Below are positions 1 through 14,200 of a stretch of 64,000 bases of DNA, piece by piece. The DNA is from Aplysia californica (Eukaryota), in assembly GCF_000002075.1 (NCBI RefSeq), contig NW_004797831.1:423249-487248 (forward strand), in the 5' to 3' direction. Under the pieces are notes generated by a model, which was not told where the DNA came from, did no database searches, and was given only the letters and a program-made list of their open reading frames with translations. Position numbers and translations under genes: made by a program. The first letter of the stretch is position 1, and the number at the start of each line of letters is the position of its first letter.

Positions 1-290
1 CTCTCTCTCTCTCTCTCTCTCTCTCCCTGTCTCTCTGGACACTCCATTATGACTCCATTTGATATCATGCTGGACTGCAGAGCAGAGGGTTTTGGTTCGA
101 CTCCCAGACTGGGCGTTTTTGAACCCGGGCCATTTTATGAAGTTTTCCAGGTTCTCATGCCATCGGGCCGGCCTTATCGGAGACAGACGTTTTATTTGGA
201 GGTTTTGCCTTTAAATAAGCTTTCACTTACTATCAGTGTTGTTAGGGGCATTTACCCCACCGCACACACACATACACGCACGCTCACACA

Positions 291-363
<73 letters not shown>

Positions 364-736
364 TATCTCTGTTTCTCTCTCTTCCAATTTTTTTCTCTCT
401 GTCTCCTTCTCTCCCCCGCCCCGAAAATTATGGCTGGATTGTAAACAATTTTATAATTTATCAAAATATTTTAAATCTACATTTGGCCAGGGCAACCATT
501 TTGGCCAATTTGGCATATAGCAAGCCAATAACGAAACTAATACCTGACATTACAAATTTTGCTGACGTAGGCCACACTATTACAGTATTTACAATTTAGG
601 AAGCGCCAGTCGTCCACCAAAATAGACATCCCTCTATCTCGATCTCCTGCAGTTTGTCGTTGTTTTGATGACATAAATTGGTCGCTGAAGGGTCTTGTTC
701 ATCCCCCATCCCTGTTTACAACCACACTGCTCAATT

Positions 737-817
737 ATGACAGAAATAGTGCCGTGCCTGTTGAGGATTGGTGACAATGTCAAGAAATACAAACTGTTCA
801 AGCTGAATCGAGAACAG
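737..817 (+). CDS. RNF8: RNF8 exon 1 (MTEIVPCLLRIGDNVKKYKLFKLNREQ)
   Basis: ATG at 737, donor CAG|gtgggt, phase 0 matches exon 2; CLLR resembles the RNF8 FHA N-terminal strand. Confidence 0.75.
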
Positions 818-2232
818 GTGGGTAGATCTTGGACTTTGACGGTAGGAAGTTTAGAAGGCTTGGGCTTGGCTTGGCAACTGTAGCCTGTAGCCTAGAAGGA
901 CTTCCGTAACGAGCGACCACCCCATCAAACACAATAAAGGAGAGGCCTAACCCTACCCCTAACCCTACCCCTACCCCTAGCCCTAAATTCTGCTCTGTCT
1001 CATATAGTCATAGCAAAGTGAAGTGGTCGCTCCTTACGGAAGACCTCCCCTCCTGTAGAGTGTATACATTGGCATTGGAGACAAGAATCTCGTACAGGGA
1101 AGGACTTCCGTAACGAGCGACCACCCCATCAAACACAATAAAGGAGAGGCCTAACCCTAACCCTACCCCGGTGCTTTTTCGGTAGTTCCCACCCCCCTTA
1201 TATTTTGAGTCTGACCTACATCGAGATCTAGAATCTATACGTTTGATGCGAGCTAAGATATCAAACCTAACAACTGCAAAACATCAAATTATGGTAAAAT
1301 TCAGGGGGGCAAGCCCCCCTGGAAATACCCCACTCTTGAGGCCAAAACCGGCGAATAACAATAATTGCGGGGTGGGAACTACCGAAAAAGCGCCCCTACC
1401 CCTACCCCTACCCCTACCCCTAGCCCTCAATTCTGCTCTGTCTCATAGTGAAGTGGTCGATCGTTACGGAAGTCCTCCCCTGTGTAGAGTGTATTGGCAT
1501 TGGAGACAAGAACTAGATTTCTAGATCTAGATTCTAGGTGACAAAATATAGATTATTTAATGTAGGGGGAGGACTTCCGCAATGAGCGACCACTGTACTG
1601 TAGGCTAGTGTAGGTAAGATTGATATAATCAAAGTGTGTATACACAGACCTGGTAACTGGGAATAAAAATAACGAAGTGGCTAGCCGTATTTAAGTTTAC
1701 TTACTTAAGTACGGCTAGACTGCCAGTCTAGCCGTACTTAGATCTAGGTTTGGCCCTATCGACTCAAGCCTGTTAAGTACAGAGGTTTCATTAGATCTAG
1801 ATCTAGTAATTATAAATTCAGGTTCAAATACATGCAAGTCAGTAAGGCACCTTTTGGTTTTGTCTGAAATACAAATACTTTAGACATTGCAAACTAAAAA
1901 ATGTCATTTACAATTCAGCCATCAGTATTAAGTACGGCTAGCCAGACAGTCTAGCCGTCCTTAAGTACGGCTGTACGGCTAGCCTGGCTGTCTACCCGTA
2001 CTTAAGTACGGACTAGGCTAGACTGCCAGTCTAGCCGTACTTATCTTAGGCCCTATTAACATTAGAAAACAGGAGGATTAAAATACATGCTGGCTTAAGT
2101 ACGGCTAGCCTGGCAGTCTACCCGTCATTAAGTACGGCTAGCCTCTTCCTAAAAATAAAGTAACGAGTATAAAGACCCGGTTGGGGAAATCTTTTGTGAT
2201 TTTGGAAAGTTTCAACGCCCTGACCCGGTAGA

Positions 2233-2268
<36 letters not shown>

Positions 2269-5200
2269 GTGGAGCGGGTAGAGCACAAGGGGAAATGCTG
2301 GCAATATCACATGCCCCAGTTGGTAGGAGGGAACTAACTAGAGAAAGATAGAGTGGGAAAGTATGTGGGGGAGAAAGCTTGAGAGAGAGACAAATAAAGA
2401 GAAAGAGAAGGCGAGCCATACACAGAGGAGAGAGACATAGAGAGAGAAAGAGCAGAGAGAGAGGCAGAAAAAGAGGGGAGAGAGACAGAGAAATAGAGAG
2501 GGTGACTGCTCGATTGAATGACATTTTTGTTTTCTTCAAATTGTCTTTTTGATTCCTCCAACTTCAATTACAGAGGAAAAGCGATCGTTCATCGAAAAAA
2601 CATCCGCAATCTTCATTTAGATTTGGGCCTCGAAACTAGATCTATTATTAAATGTCTGTCTGTCTAGATCTAGACCTAGACCATAGATCTAGAAGAACCT
2701 AGGTCTACCCTGAGCCAAGAGGGCGCTGAAACATTCCGAAAGCCCTCCCTTTTTAGAGGCAACTTCCGGTTTTGTTTCTGATTGTGTACATAATGTATAA
2801 ATGTCTATGGAGTTAGGCCGGGACCACTTCTCCCGAAGAGTCCCCTAATCTACACGGAAGCTATGGCGGTTTATAATACATTTTCAGTTCTGAAGCTCAA
2901 AGTTTTGAATATCCTAGTAGTAGTAGGGGGTAGACTACTGCTTAGGCACGGATTATGATGATTTGATGAGGGCCGACGTGGGCTGAACTGAGTATAGTCT
3001 ACTTAGTTGACCCAAGAAGAGGGATACAACACTGAGCATCTCAGCAGGAAGACCGGAAAAGGCATACTCGATAAAGATTCTTTCCACTCAGGAATCAACC
3101 TGGAGTCTTCCATGTGCGACAACAAATTGTCTGCATCATGGACACCAGTCTTGTCCTGGTATGAGTAGGATTAAACCAGGGTCTACCCATAGCCATAGTA
3201 GAGGCCTCCCAAATTTTAACTAGATCTAGTTTAAAAACTGTCGTGCTTTGTCTGAGAAACAGCAGTGCCCCAGCCCTCTGGTCATAGTTCATTCTTTATA
3301 TTATCTCTATCTGCATCAAAACCGTTTGACTCATGTCTAATTCTAATTAAGAGTCTGTTCAAAGGTCAAACATTGATACTATTCTTGATTGATCCAGTCT
3401 AAGTCTAAGTCTTAGGACTTCTCAGGGTAAATTTTTACTTTCAGCCCTGCACAAAGAAGATGCACTGCTTTTTGGGGGCTGGACTGCTGTACCTTTGGCC
3501 CTTTGGCTGCAGAACACACTTAACTACTATGGCCATTAAAAACTGTTGCTAACAGATTGTTAAAAAAAAAATCTCTTGTGAAATATCAGATTATGGAAAT
3601 TATATTATAACATGTACAGATTAGCATGCCCCCTGGAAACCCCTAGATTAAAAAAAAAAGCAAATTATTATATAAATTTATATGCAATTACCGAACTGTT
3701 AATTTTGTAGGAAACCCAGACCTCCCGAGAACTATGTATATATAGATATACATGTATATATATATATGCCAGTGTGGTGAGTGTGAGGTAGCTTTGTTAT
3801 TCTGGGGTCTCTTGTCTTTTTTTTTTCATTGTACAGGACAATTTGATCAGTTATATAATATATATATTATATGTTCTAGTTGAATTGAACTTACTGTACG
3901 ATTGCCTTGTGCCTCTCTTCCAAGTGAAGTCACTTTCAAGGACTTTGAATGTGATTTTAAAATGTATTACTATATGCTGATTGTGCCAGCTCACACCTGT
4001 AATTATTTTAGTGCCTTCGTCTTGCTTCCTTGTCAGGTCACAATAGGCAGGTCAGGAGAGGTCACTTATGCCATCTTGTCAAATATGATTTCCCGCTGTC
4101 ACGCCATGGTCAAACAACAAGAAGATTCATCGTGGACCATCACAGACAACAAGGTAGTACCGAACTTTGGAACTTTTTAGTTTCTATAGATACATTTTTT
4201 TTTTAAATTCTGAAAAGATCGTTTATTTGGTCAGGTGCATTGTGATTGGCTTTGAATCTTCATAAAAATTTAGGAAGACATGTAGAAACTGCTGATGCTT
4301 GAATAAACAAATGTATTTTATTTTATTGCTTTAACTTTATATATATATATAATAGCTTTCATACAATTCTTTAATCTGAAGCGATTTATTTTATGATCTG
4401 TTTGGATATTGTTTGTCTTGAAGTGCAGCGGAAAACAAGACGGGGGGAAAAAAAGAGTAGAGGGTTTGAGAATTTTCTAACTTGTACAGTAAGAAGAACC
4501 TGCTCTAACAGTCACCTTTCCAAGACAATCACCTGTACAAATGATCACTTCCCACTTCTGCCCTTGCATTGTTTCTATTTTATAATGACACTGTCCAAGA
4601 TACGGGCCTGTCTGAGACAACCACTTTCCCCCTAAACAACAATAGTTGCCCGTGTTGGACAATTTTAACTGTATCCTGTGTATAAGACTTTTGGTCGTTT
4701 AAAATGTTGTTAAAAATGTTATTGTGTAGACTTGATCGGTCCACAGTCTAGAGAGTCAAATGAATTGTGGTTGTCTGTGAAATGTTCAAAGATTGGGCTC
4801 TCTGTGGAAGACGTGAAGTTTTCCTTTCACGGTGATTTATTAAATGCAAGTTTTGCTTGACTTCAAGAATCATGCTTCCATGTTTTGGTCACCAGAGTTT
4901 GAATGGCATTTACATAAACGGCCGTCGGCTGGCCCCTATGCAACCGCACCTGCTGCATGATGGAGACATGGTTCAGTTCGGGATACCTGTGTCACCTGAT
5001 GCTCCTGCAGAGTTCATCTATAAATTTTATTCATCCCTTAAGGTATTATTTACATAGATAAGGGCTGACTTTTATGGACAATAATTTGTGGAAAAAATCT
5101 GTTGGGTTCTTCAAAGGATTTTTTGGGTTTCAGTTTATTGGTGTATGAATCTGTTTGTATACTTTAGTGATTTTTGTAACAAAATAAAAAGTAAAATGTG

Positions 5201-8200
5201 ACAGGTGGGAAGGCGAACTATATAATGGACAGCAAACATTTTTAAATGGGGTTTATTTTCCTGTTTTGTTTTGTAAATAGTTTCTTTTTCTTTTTTTTCT
5301 GTGTGATTATTATTATTATTATTTTTAAAAAATAGAATGTGAAATTATGTTCAATAAATTTTTCATAATCTATTCAATTGGCTGAAATGTATGTATTTTT
5401 AAGCTCAGTAAAGATGATGAGGTACTAACTTTATAAACTGATCTGATTTTTAAAAAAAATGTTTCACAGGTGAGGACGGAGAAAAAAGCCAAGAAACAGA
5501 AATGTGACCCAGATGTTGATTCTCAGAGAGCCACCTTGAGTGCCAGCGAGTCCTTTGAGAGAGATGAAGAAAGGGAGAAGAAAAGGAAATCAGCTTTGCT
5601 AAAGGTGAGAAGTTCTACTGACATATTTACTTTACTGTATGGTGGTTAGTTGTGATACTGATGAGGGCTAACAATGGAGGATAATAAATGATAATAATAA
5701 TAAATAGCGTTTATGCTGCGCATTTCCATTTTCTAAAAAATGCTCAATGTGCATTACATTAATAAAAATATCACACCTTAAAAAGTAATGGGCATGTGTG
5801 TACGTAAAACATAGTATTATGCATATGTAGGATCGGGTAATTGTGTTGTTTCCGACAATAGAAGTATAGACTTTTGGTTGAAGTCTGTTGTAGCTGTAAA
5901 TTCATTTTACTGCGATATTAGATTCTGTATCACTCGATTCTTATGATCTTTGATTTTTAATTGGATGAAGATAAAACTGCATAATTAGAATAGATGTTTC
6001 AAATAGAGGATAAAAGCGGAGACCCTGCAGCCGTTGACTGAGTAGGCGCAACGTTGTTCCCCTTCCGCGCTGGTGATGTGTTCGGAGTCCTTGTGCTGAG
6101 TGGCTTTATGTGATGTTTTGACAATGACAGTTTTTATTCATCTCGCGGGGAGAAATTTGTCTTGGTCGTTAACTATGGCAGTAGACGTTACATAGGTTAG
6201 GTGCACTCACGCATACGCACAAGACATCTTGTAGTACATCTGTGAATTTTGATGGTGTGTTTGTTAGATCCATTGCTGAAGCTGGGACATGCAAACTTTT
6301 GTGTCTTTCTCGAAAATGTTTAACATTCATCCCAGGAAGATCCCTGTCTTTCCTTTATATGTGCTGTGTGTACTGTACCCAAGGGTTGGGCTGCTTTACT
6401 CGAACTTTTCTGTCGACAATGTCAACGAGAAAGGCAGATGCAAAATTTTACTTTTCTGAAGTCTGAGATTGAAAGATCTAGCCTTTTTTTTTTTTATGCG
6501 ACAACCGTTCTGGTGCTCATTTATATAAATTGCTTTAAAAAAGCTACATCTTGTGTTATAAGTTCACAGATTTGTCTTGCCCTGTTTGTGTAAGAATTGA
6601 AGGAAAATATATGTTGTATGTATGACTCCCAGGGGACGTGTTCTCTAGTTTTTATTTTCCTGAGTGTTTAGTCTTTGTTTTTCAGCTTCTGCAAGAATTT
6701 TTGTGTCACTAATTCCCTTTTTTTTTGTTTGTGTGTGTGTGTGTTGAAGCCCCCAGATGAGGCAAAGCAGGACTCGGCAAACAAAGAGCTACGCCAGCAA
6801 ATGGAAGTTTCTCAGCAGGAGCAGGCAGCCAAAGAGGCCGAATACCAGGCCAAACTTGCAGAAATGGAAAGGCTGCTGATGGAGAAGGAGAAGAAACAAG
6901 AAGAGGTATAACAAACTGTTGGGGGGACAGTAGTTTGGAACTGACAGCAACGAGTTGACGTCTTGCTGAAATGTTTTTTGTGGTTTTCAGTGAGTGAAAT
7001 CTACAGTTCCGCTGGTTTTATTTGAGTGGAAAATCAGCATGCTGATAGCTCAGTCGGTATTATGCTATACTGTGTTACAGATGACCTGGTTCGAATACCT
7101 AATGGGGCATGCTTGTACTTGCGCTATTCCCTGAGTTCTCAAGACTTTTTGTGTTTTAACCCTTTCAGTCCCCCCCCCAGCGCAGTGCTACCTACTGAAG
7201 TGTCTTTAGGCCATTCCCAGAGGGGGGACATTAACCATGTTCTTATGCACAGTAGAATTGTAATTGTAAATGGGCTGATTTATCAATGTCATGCTCATTA
7301 TAGTGGCTGAACTGCAGCAGGGAAGTGCTGCTTTTTCTTTCCTAATCCTTACTATCGTCATTTTATCTCTACTTCTTTTGTACGTTTGTCACACTCTTGT
7401 GACCCGCTATTCCCGGGGTGCCTTGATAGTCGAAGCAGACTTTGTGCTGTTGAAGCTAGAGAGCCGATTCCTTGTAAGGACTTCTCTATTGACATCCACC
7501 CCTTTGCGCTCATATGACCTTATGCAGTTGCGAGCGCCATAAAACCTCTACTAACCCTTGCAGTGGCAGTGCAACAGAGCATTCAGTGGGCCCTCAGTGG
7601 CAGTGCAACAGTGGGCCCTCAGTGGCAGTGCAACAGAGCATTCAGTGGGCCCTCCGTGGCAGTAAACAGAGCATTCAGTGGGCCCTCAGTGGCAGTGCAA
7701 TAGAGCATTCAGTGGGCCCTCCATGGCAGTGCAATAGAGCATTCAGTGGGCCCTCCATGGCAGTGCAATAGAGCATTCAGTGGGCCCACCATGGCAGTGC
7801 AATAGAGCATTCAGTGGGCCCACCATGGCAGTGCAATAGAGCATTCAGTGGGCCCACCATGGCAGTGCAACAGAGCATTCAGTGGGCCCTCAGTGGCAGT
7901 AAAACAAAGCATTCAAAATGGGGATCATTATCCTTGTTTCTTGGCAGGGTTGGGTTGATTTAAATCAGTTGATTTTTTAAATTTAAATCAACTTGATTTT
8001 TTAAATAAAAATCAGTGATTTAAATCACTTTTTTAAAAAGTTATTTTTATTCGGTTTTTACACATTTCAACATTCAGAATTCCTTTCCTTGATTTCATAA
8101 AACAGATATAAGGTTCAGTAGACTAATATAATCATGCTTAAAAGTCTGATTTCCCTCCTTTCACTGTAAAATAATACAGTATTCAATTTACTTTTTTTTC

Positions 8201-11200
8201 TATAATTGAAATCAGAGCTGGGTTGATTTAAATCAGTTGATTAAAAATTTTTTAAAAATCAATTTGATTTTAAAAATAAAAATCAGTGATTTAAATCACT
8301 TTTCAAAAAAATGTATTCAGTTTTTACATATTTAAACTTTCAGAATTCCTTTCCTTGGTTTTATTTTAAACGGATATAAGGTTTAGTAGACTAATATAAT
8401 CATGCTTTAAAGTCTGCTTTCCCCCTGTCACTGTAAAATAATACAGTTCTCAATTTACTTTTTTTTCATAATTGAAAACCAGGGTTGGGTTGATTTAAAT
8501 CGGGTCGATTTAAATCGGGTCGATTTAAATCAGTTGATTTTTTTATATTTAAATCAACTTGATTTTAAAAATAAAACTCAGTGATTTAAATCACTTTAAA
8601 AAAATGTTTTCTGTTTTTACATCTTTAAACATTCAGAATTCCTTTCCTTGGTTTTATAAAACAGATATAAGGTTTAGTAGACTAAAATTGCTTAAAAGTC
8701 TGCTTTCCCCCCCTGTCACTGTAAGTAGTAAAATAATACAGTATTCAATTTACTTTTTTTTCATAATTGAAATTAGCATTTTCTTTTTCTTTTTAGACAA
8801 ACACAAGTGCGTGCTCACACACACACTGTAATAAAAATAAAATGCAAGTTTATCTATGCATAATTACCCCCCCCCCTTCCTTTTAGACTGACATTTTCTT
8901 CATTTTTTTGTCTGTAGCCATAATTCACTGATATAGCAGATTAAGGCTTTCTAAAATTGCAGTTGCTTAAATTAATCATTAGTTAAAATAAAGACAATGC
9001 ATTTTGCACTAAAAGAACATACTTTTAGCCACCAAAAATCCCAAACTGTGTCGACATTTTTAAAAAAATTTAAAAAATCCGATTTAAATAAAAAAAAGTC
9101 TGATTTAAATTTTAAAAATCGATTTTTTTGATTTTTATCAAAAAAATCAAAAAAATCACCAACCCTGTTTCTTGGTGCTGTTTTTAATAAATTCGTCATC
9201 ATAATGTCGGGTACAGAGAGTATAAGCAGTTTTTCTCCCTCTTTGGAACACCCCAACAATTTTAAACGACGTACGCTATTTGTGCGTGTTAGGGGAATGG
9301 AAGAACAGCGTTCAGCACTTGTATATATGACCTCATTGTGTTGCAAGTGCAGTAAAACTCTTCTAAAGCTAAAAAATGAAGAACAGCGCAAATGTCGCGA
9401 CTGCCATGGTAAGGGTTAAGTTTCAACCAAATTGAATGGTTTGCATTTGTTCTGAGGCTTGTGGTAAAGTAAAGCTGTTTCAGTACTTTTTGCTTCTTTT
9501 TTTCTTTCTCGACTTCAAGGTCCAACAACAGCTGGAGCAGGAGCGGAAAGAGAAAGAGAATCAGGCGAAAGAAGTGGAAGAATTGAGGATGAAAGAGGCG
9601 GCCATTTTGATGGAAATGGAAGATAAGCAGGTCTGGTTTGTTGTGTTAGAGAATACTGTAGTCCCAGCAGTTGGGTTTTTGTTGCGCTCTAATTATTCTC
9701 GCTTTTTGCCCGTTGAATTTCTCGCTATTGTTTTGAATTCGTGATTTGAGTTGCCCATTTTCGTGTGTTCCAATGCAGTAGCTCCCCTTGTAACACTCCG
9801 TGAGCAACTTGAATTTGTGAATTTCTTTACTTTAAAAATCGCTGATTCAAGAAGTGCGCCAAAAAACCTGATGCGTTGTAATAAATCTCTGCTGCTGATG
9901 TGGTTGAGAAGGAAACAATGCAATGGATCTTTTTGTGGTTGTGGTTGAGTAGGAGTTAATTCTGTGCTGTGGTTTTGATTAAGCAAGTGCTGACACTGAG
10001 CTAGCTAGAAGTGTGTGGTTGGCGGGTGCTCTGGTGTGGTATGCTTCTTCTTTCCTATCAAACATTTAACGTCCTGATCTCTCCTCTTTCTTTTTTGTGT
10101 TTGTTACTCTCTTGTAACACCTCTAATCTTCAGTACTTATATGACCTTATTGTGTTGCAAATGCCGTAAAACACTTACTAAAACTAAAACTAAACAGCTT
10201 TAAGATATGTTCAGAATTAGATTAATAACAATCTGGAAAAAATGTACTTTTTCCTGCCTATGATAATCCGTGCACGCTCATTCAATATTTTGTATGTTAC
10301 GTGCTTGCAGAAGCAGCTGGAGAAGGAAAAAGAAGAACTTCGGTTGAAGATGCAAGCTGAGCTGGAGTCGAATCTTCGAGAGCGGGAAGCTGCTTTATTA
10401 GGACAACTGGCCGTCCAGAAAGAAGTCTTGTTGAACGAGAAAAAACAGGTGAGTGTTGTATTTCATGAATGGTTCATGCCCTTCATGTTTTTTGTGTGTT
10501 TTTTTTACTTTTATTTGAATTAATGCCCTGCTCGACTCTTAATAAGTAACTGCTGGGATGGAGCCACTAGTATGGTCGGTAGTGTAAAGAAGAGGGAGAC
10601 AGTGCTGCCAAATGTTTTGCATTTGTGGCTAAGTCTCAGCATAAATGCTTTTGTGTATTGTTCTATCAGTAAAAAGGCTGCTAAGGCAGGTTCAAATGGC
10701 GTTTAAAAAAAAATTCTTGTTATTAAGTCTCAGTTAGTTTTCAGGTCCTGTATTCTTTGATATTCATTGTAGGTGGAAGAAAGTCTTCAGAAGGAAGTGG
10801 AGAAGGCTATTGAAGAAAAAAACAAAGAGCTGGAAGAACAACTGATGGAACAAAAGCAAAAATTAGAAAAGGTAAGTGTTGTATAGTTTGTAGTCGCCTT
10901 TCATTACCATGTTGCCAAACTGTGCCATGCCTTAGGATGAAATGTCTTTTAATGTAGGTTTTGGTATAATTTTTTTTTTTGCTTGAAATTAATGGAACAT
11001 GGACTGAAGTGTGTGTTGCTTCTGTTCTTGTGTGTATTTGTGTGTGCTGGTGTAAGTAGTAACATATATACATGTGCTCTTTGTGTGTGGTCAAAATTAT
11101 GCATATATTTTTGTGAATGTGTTTTTATTCGCTCGGTATATATGAATAGAGTTTAAAATTCAAGATGTAATGGGGAGCATCTGAGGGTCTTCAACAGGAG

Positions 11201-14200
11201 ATCATGTGGGGGGAATGAATGGTCTGTCTTACCTGATCTTTCATTCAGATTTTGTGTAATTGTGATATTCTGGGTGAATAAAATGTTTTTACCTACCTCC
11301 CTAGATATCGAAAATACTTTATACAGCGACAAAACACAGCTGATGAAAACCTGTAAATTCTTTGCCATATATCGACAGGGCTAAAATTCAGATGGTCGCT
11401 GGATCGGAACGGTGAAGTTGAAATGTTGCTTACACATGAAAAAGATTTGTCATGCCGTAAAGGAACCCATCTTGTTTTTTATGTTGAAATTCAGGTGCTG
11501 GAGAAGAAGGAGATGGAGCAAAAGCTTTTGGAAAGTCAGTTAAATGAAACCAAGGAAGAGAGCGAGACCGCAAAACTACAAGCCCTGAAAGCGAGAGAGG
11601 AGGTCCTCTGCAATTTTGTTGATCTCATGGAAATGGAATTGCAGTGCTCAATCTGTAACGAGCTGTATATAAAAGTGAGTGTGTCTCGATGCAAGATAAG
11701 ATTCCTGACCCTTTTTTCTTTTGGCCAGAACTCTTAAGTATTTAATTAATTTAAAAGAAGGTAATAATCGATAAGACCAGTTTTTAATTAGATCTCTGAT
11801 CTTCGAGAAGTGAAGGAACTTCTTGTTAAACTTCTATGAAATTTGTTCCAAGCTTTAATAAGGTATGCATGTTCAGGAACTCTAGTTCTGGTAGTTTTTA
11901 ATTGGTAATAATTGTGCTACATTTTGAAGAGAGGAATATAGTTGCTCATCAAAACTTATCCCATTAACAAAGAATCTTGATGCCCTCAAAACTTATCTCG
12001 TTATTGTTATTCTGACAAAACTTATCTCGTTATTGTTATGCTGACAAAACTTATCTCGTTATTGTTATTCTGACAAAACTTATCTCGTTATTGTTATTCT
12101 GACAAAATGTATCCTGCTGTTGCTATTCTGCCTAAACCTAACCCATTACTGTTATTCTTACAAAACTTTTCCTGTTATTGTTATTCTGACAAAAATTATC
12201 CTGTTATTGTTATTCTGACAAAAATTATCCTGTTATTGTTATTCTGACAAAAATTATCTGTTAATGTTATTGTGACAAAAATTATCCTGTTATTGTTAAA
12301 CTTATCCCGTTTTTTAAATTCTGTCTTTGGTGGTTGATATTCCTCCTCCAGGCAACATCGCTGAACTGCTCGCACTCCTTCTGCAAGCTGTGCATCAACC
12401 AGTGGTTGAAAGTGAAGAAGGAATGTCCCAACTGCCGGCAAGCAGTCACCTCCCAGATGCAGTCTATCACCCTGGACAGTTACATCGACAAGATGGTGGA
12501 ACAACTAAACGACGAGCTGAAGCAGAGGAGAAAAGAGTTGGTGGCACAGAGGAAAGGTGTGAAAGGGGAGGGGGTGGGGGTGTGAAAGGGGAGGGGGGTG
12601 TTTATAAGAACATGAGACGGTTCATTGCAACTTTAAAACGAAGCAGGAGATTTATTTCATTTTTGATCTTCTGTTGAAAGTAGTCTTCCTTTGCTGTAAC
12701 ACAATTTTGTAATCGATATATCGATCTACGAAAAGCTGTTGGGTAGTCACTTTTCAGGATATGCCCTCTATGCACTGATTGTGTTCCTGAACTGAGGGCT
12801 TTTTCTCACAGAATAATGACATCCTGCAAGTTTCTTAAATCTTAGAAACAGGAAAAAGTCACTCTTCACTTCAACAAGCTCTCAAGCCGTATGGAGACAT
12901 AGTTCCTCTACAGTTTTGCTCAATTGTTACAGCCTCGACCCTTTAAAAAAAAATTTCCAAATATGCCACAGCAACTAGAAATCACTTAATATAATTGATG
13001 TTTTATTTATGAGGGTAACGTTTTCAACTGTCTGTATGTGTATTTGCTTTCTTTTTAAAAAAGTTTATATTTGTCTGTTTCTATTTCTATTGTTTGACTT
13101 TTTTGTTTTGTTAAATTTTTGCAGATGGTTGGTGGGTGTTCTGATGTGGTTTGCTCAGTCTTTTCTTTCCTACCAAACATCTGTCGTCCTCTTTTCTGTT
13201 CCTAATCTTCTTATTATATGTTTCTCTCTGGTAACACCTCATATCTTCGGCAATTGTATGACCTCTTTGTGTTGCAGCTGCCATAAAATTCTTTGTAGGT
13301 GGTTGGCGGGTGCTCTGGTGTGGTTTGCTTCTTCTTTCCCTATCAAACATCTATCGTCTTTTATCTCCCCTCCTTCTGTTTCGTGTTTGTTACTCTCTTG
13401 TAACACCTCTAATCTTAGGCCCTTGTATGACCTTGTTGTGTTGCAAGTGCCGCCAAACTCTGACTAAAACTAAACTAATTTTTTAATTATGTTTCTCTTT
13501 CATAACACCTCAAATCTTCGGCAATTGTATAACCTCTTTGTGTTGCAGCTGCCATAAAAATTTTTCTTGTACTAAAAAACCCACATTTTTTCCGCCCAGT
13601 TGAGCAAGACAAGTTTGACGGCCTTGCTGCTGGTCCGTCAGCCCCACTGGCTAACCCCGCGGTCGCTGTCGCAGCATTCGTTCCTGCACCGCCCAGGGGC
13701 AGAGGGCGGGGTTCAAGGGCCAGGGGACGAGCGACCACGCGCTCTCAGCGCGGCAGGAGGATCACAGGCGCGGCCGCAGCGGTGGTGGAGCGGTTACAGG
13801 CGCTACAGGGGCAGAGGCCAGGAGCAGTAGTGACCACCACAGCAACAGTAACTGCGACGGGCACGGAACGGTTACAGGCGCTACTTGCCCAGAGGCCAGG
13901 AGCAGCAACCACGGCAACAGCCACCGCGACAGGCGCGGAACGGTTACAGGCATTACAGGCGCAGAGGACAGGAGCAGCGACCATGGCGACAGGTGCTGAA
14001 CGGTTGCAGTCGATACTGGCCCAGAGGTTGGGAGCGACGATGGCCACAGCCACCGCCACGACGGCCACTGCCGCTGTTGTGACGTCTGCCACGGCGTTGG
14101 CTTCCGTGACAACTGCCACTGCTTCCCGTGAGTTGGTTCATGTTGGCTGCCTGTGGTTTTTTTTTTTTTTTTGGTCTTCACTCAACGAGGCATCTTGTTA

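Noticed and set aside
7561-7915. 34-bp repeats resembling a CRISPR array (also the 31-mer array at 34270)
   Set aside because: Units are head-to-tail with no unique spacers, the context is a eukaryotic gene, and there are no cas genes.
13009-13467. Hydrophobic ORFs containing WLAGALVWF repeated across the window
   Set aside because: Translations of family A copies; frames and stops are not conserved between copies.
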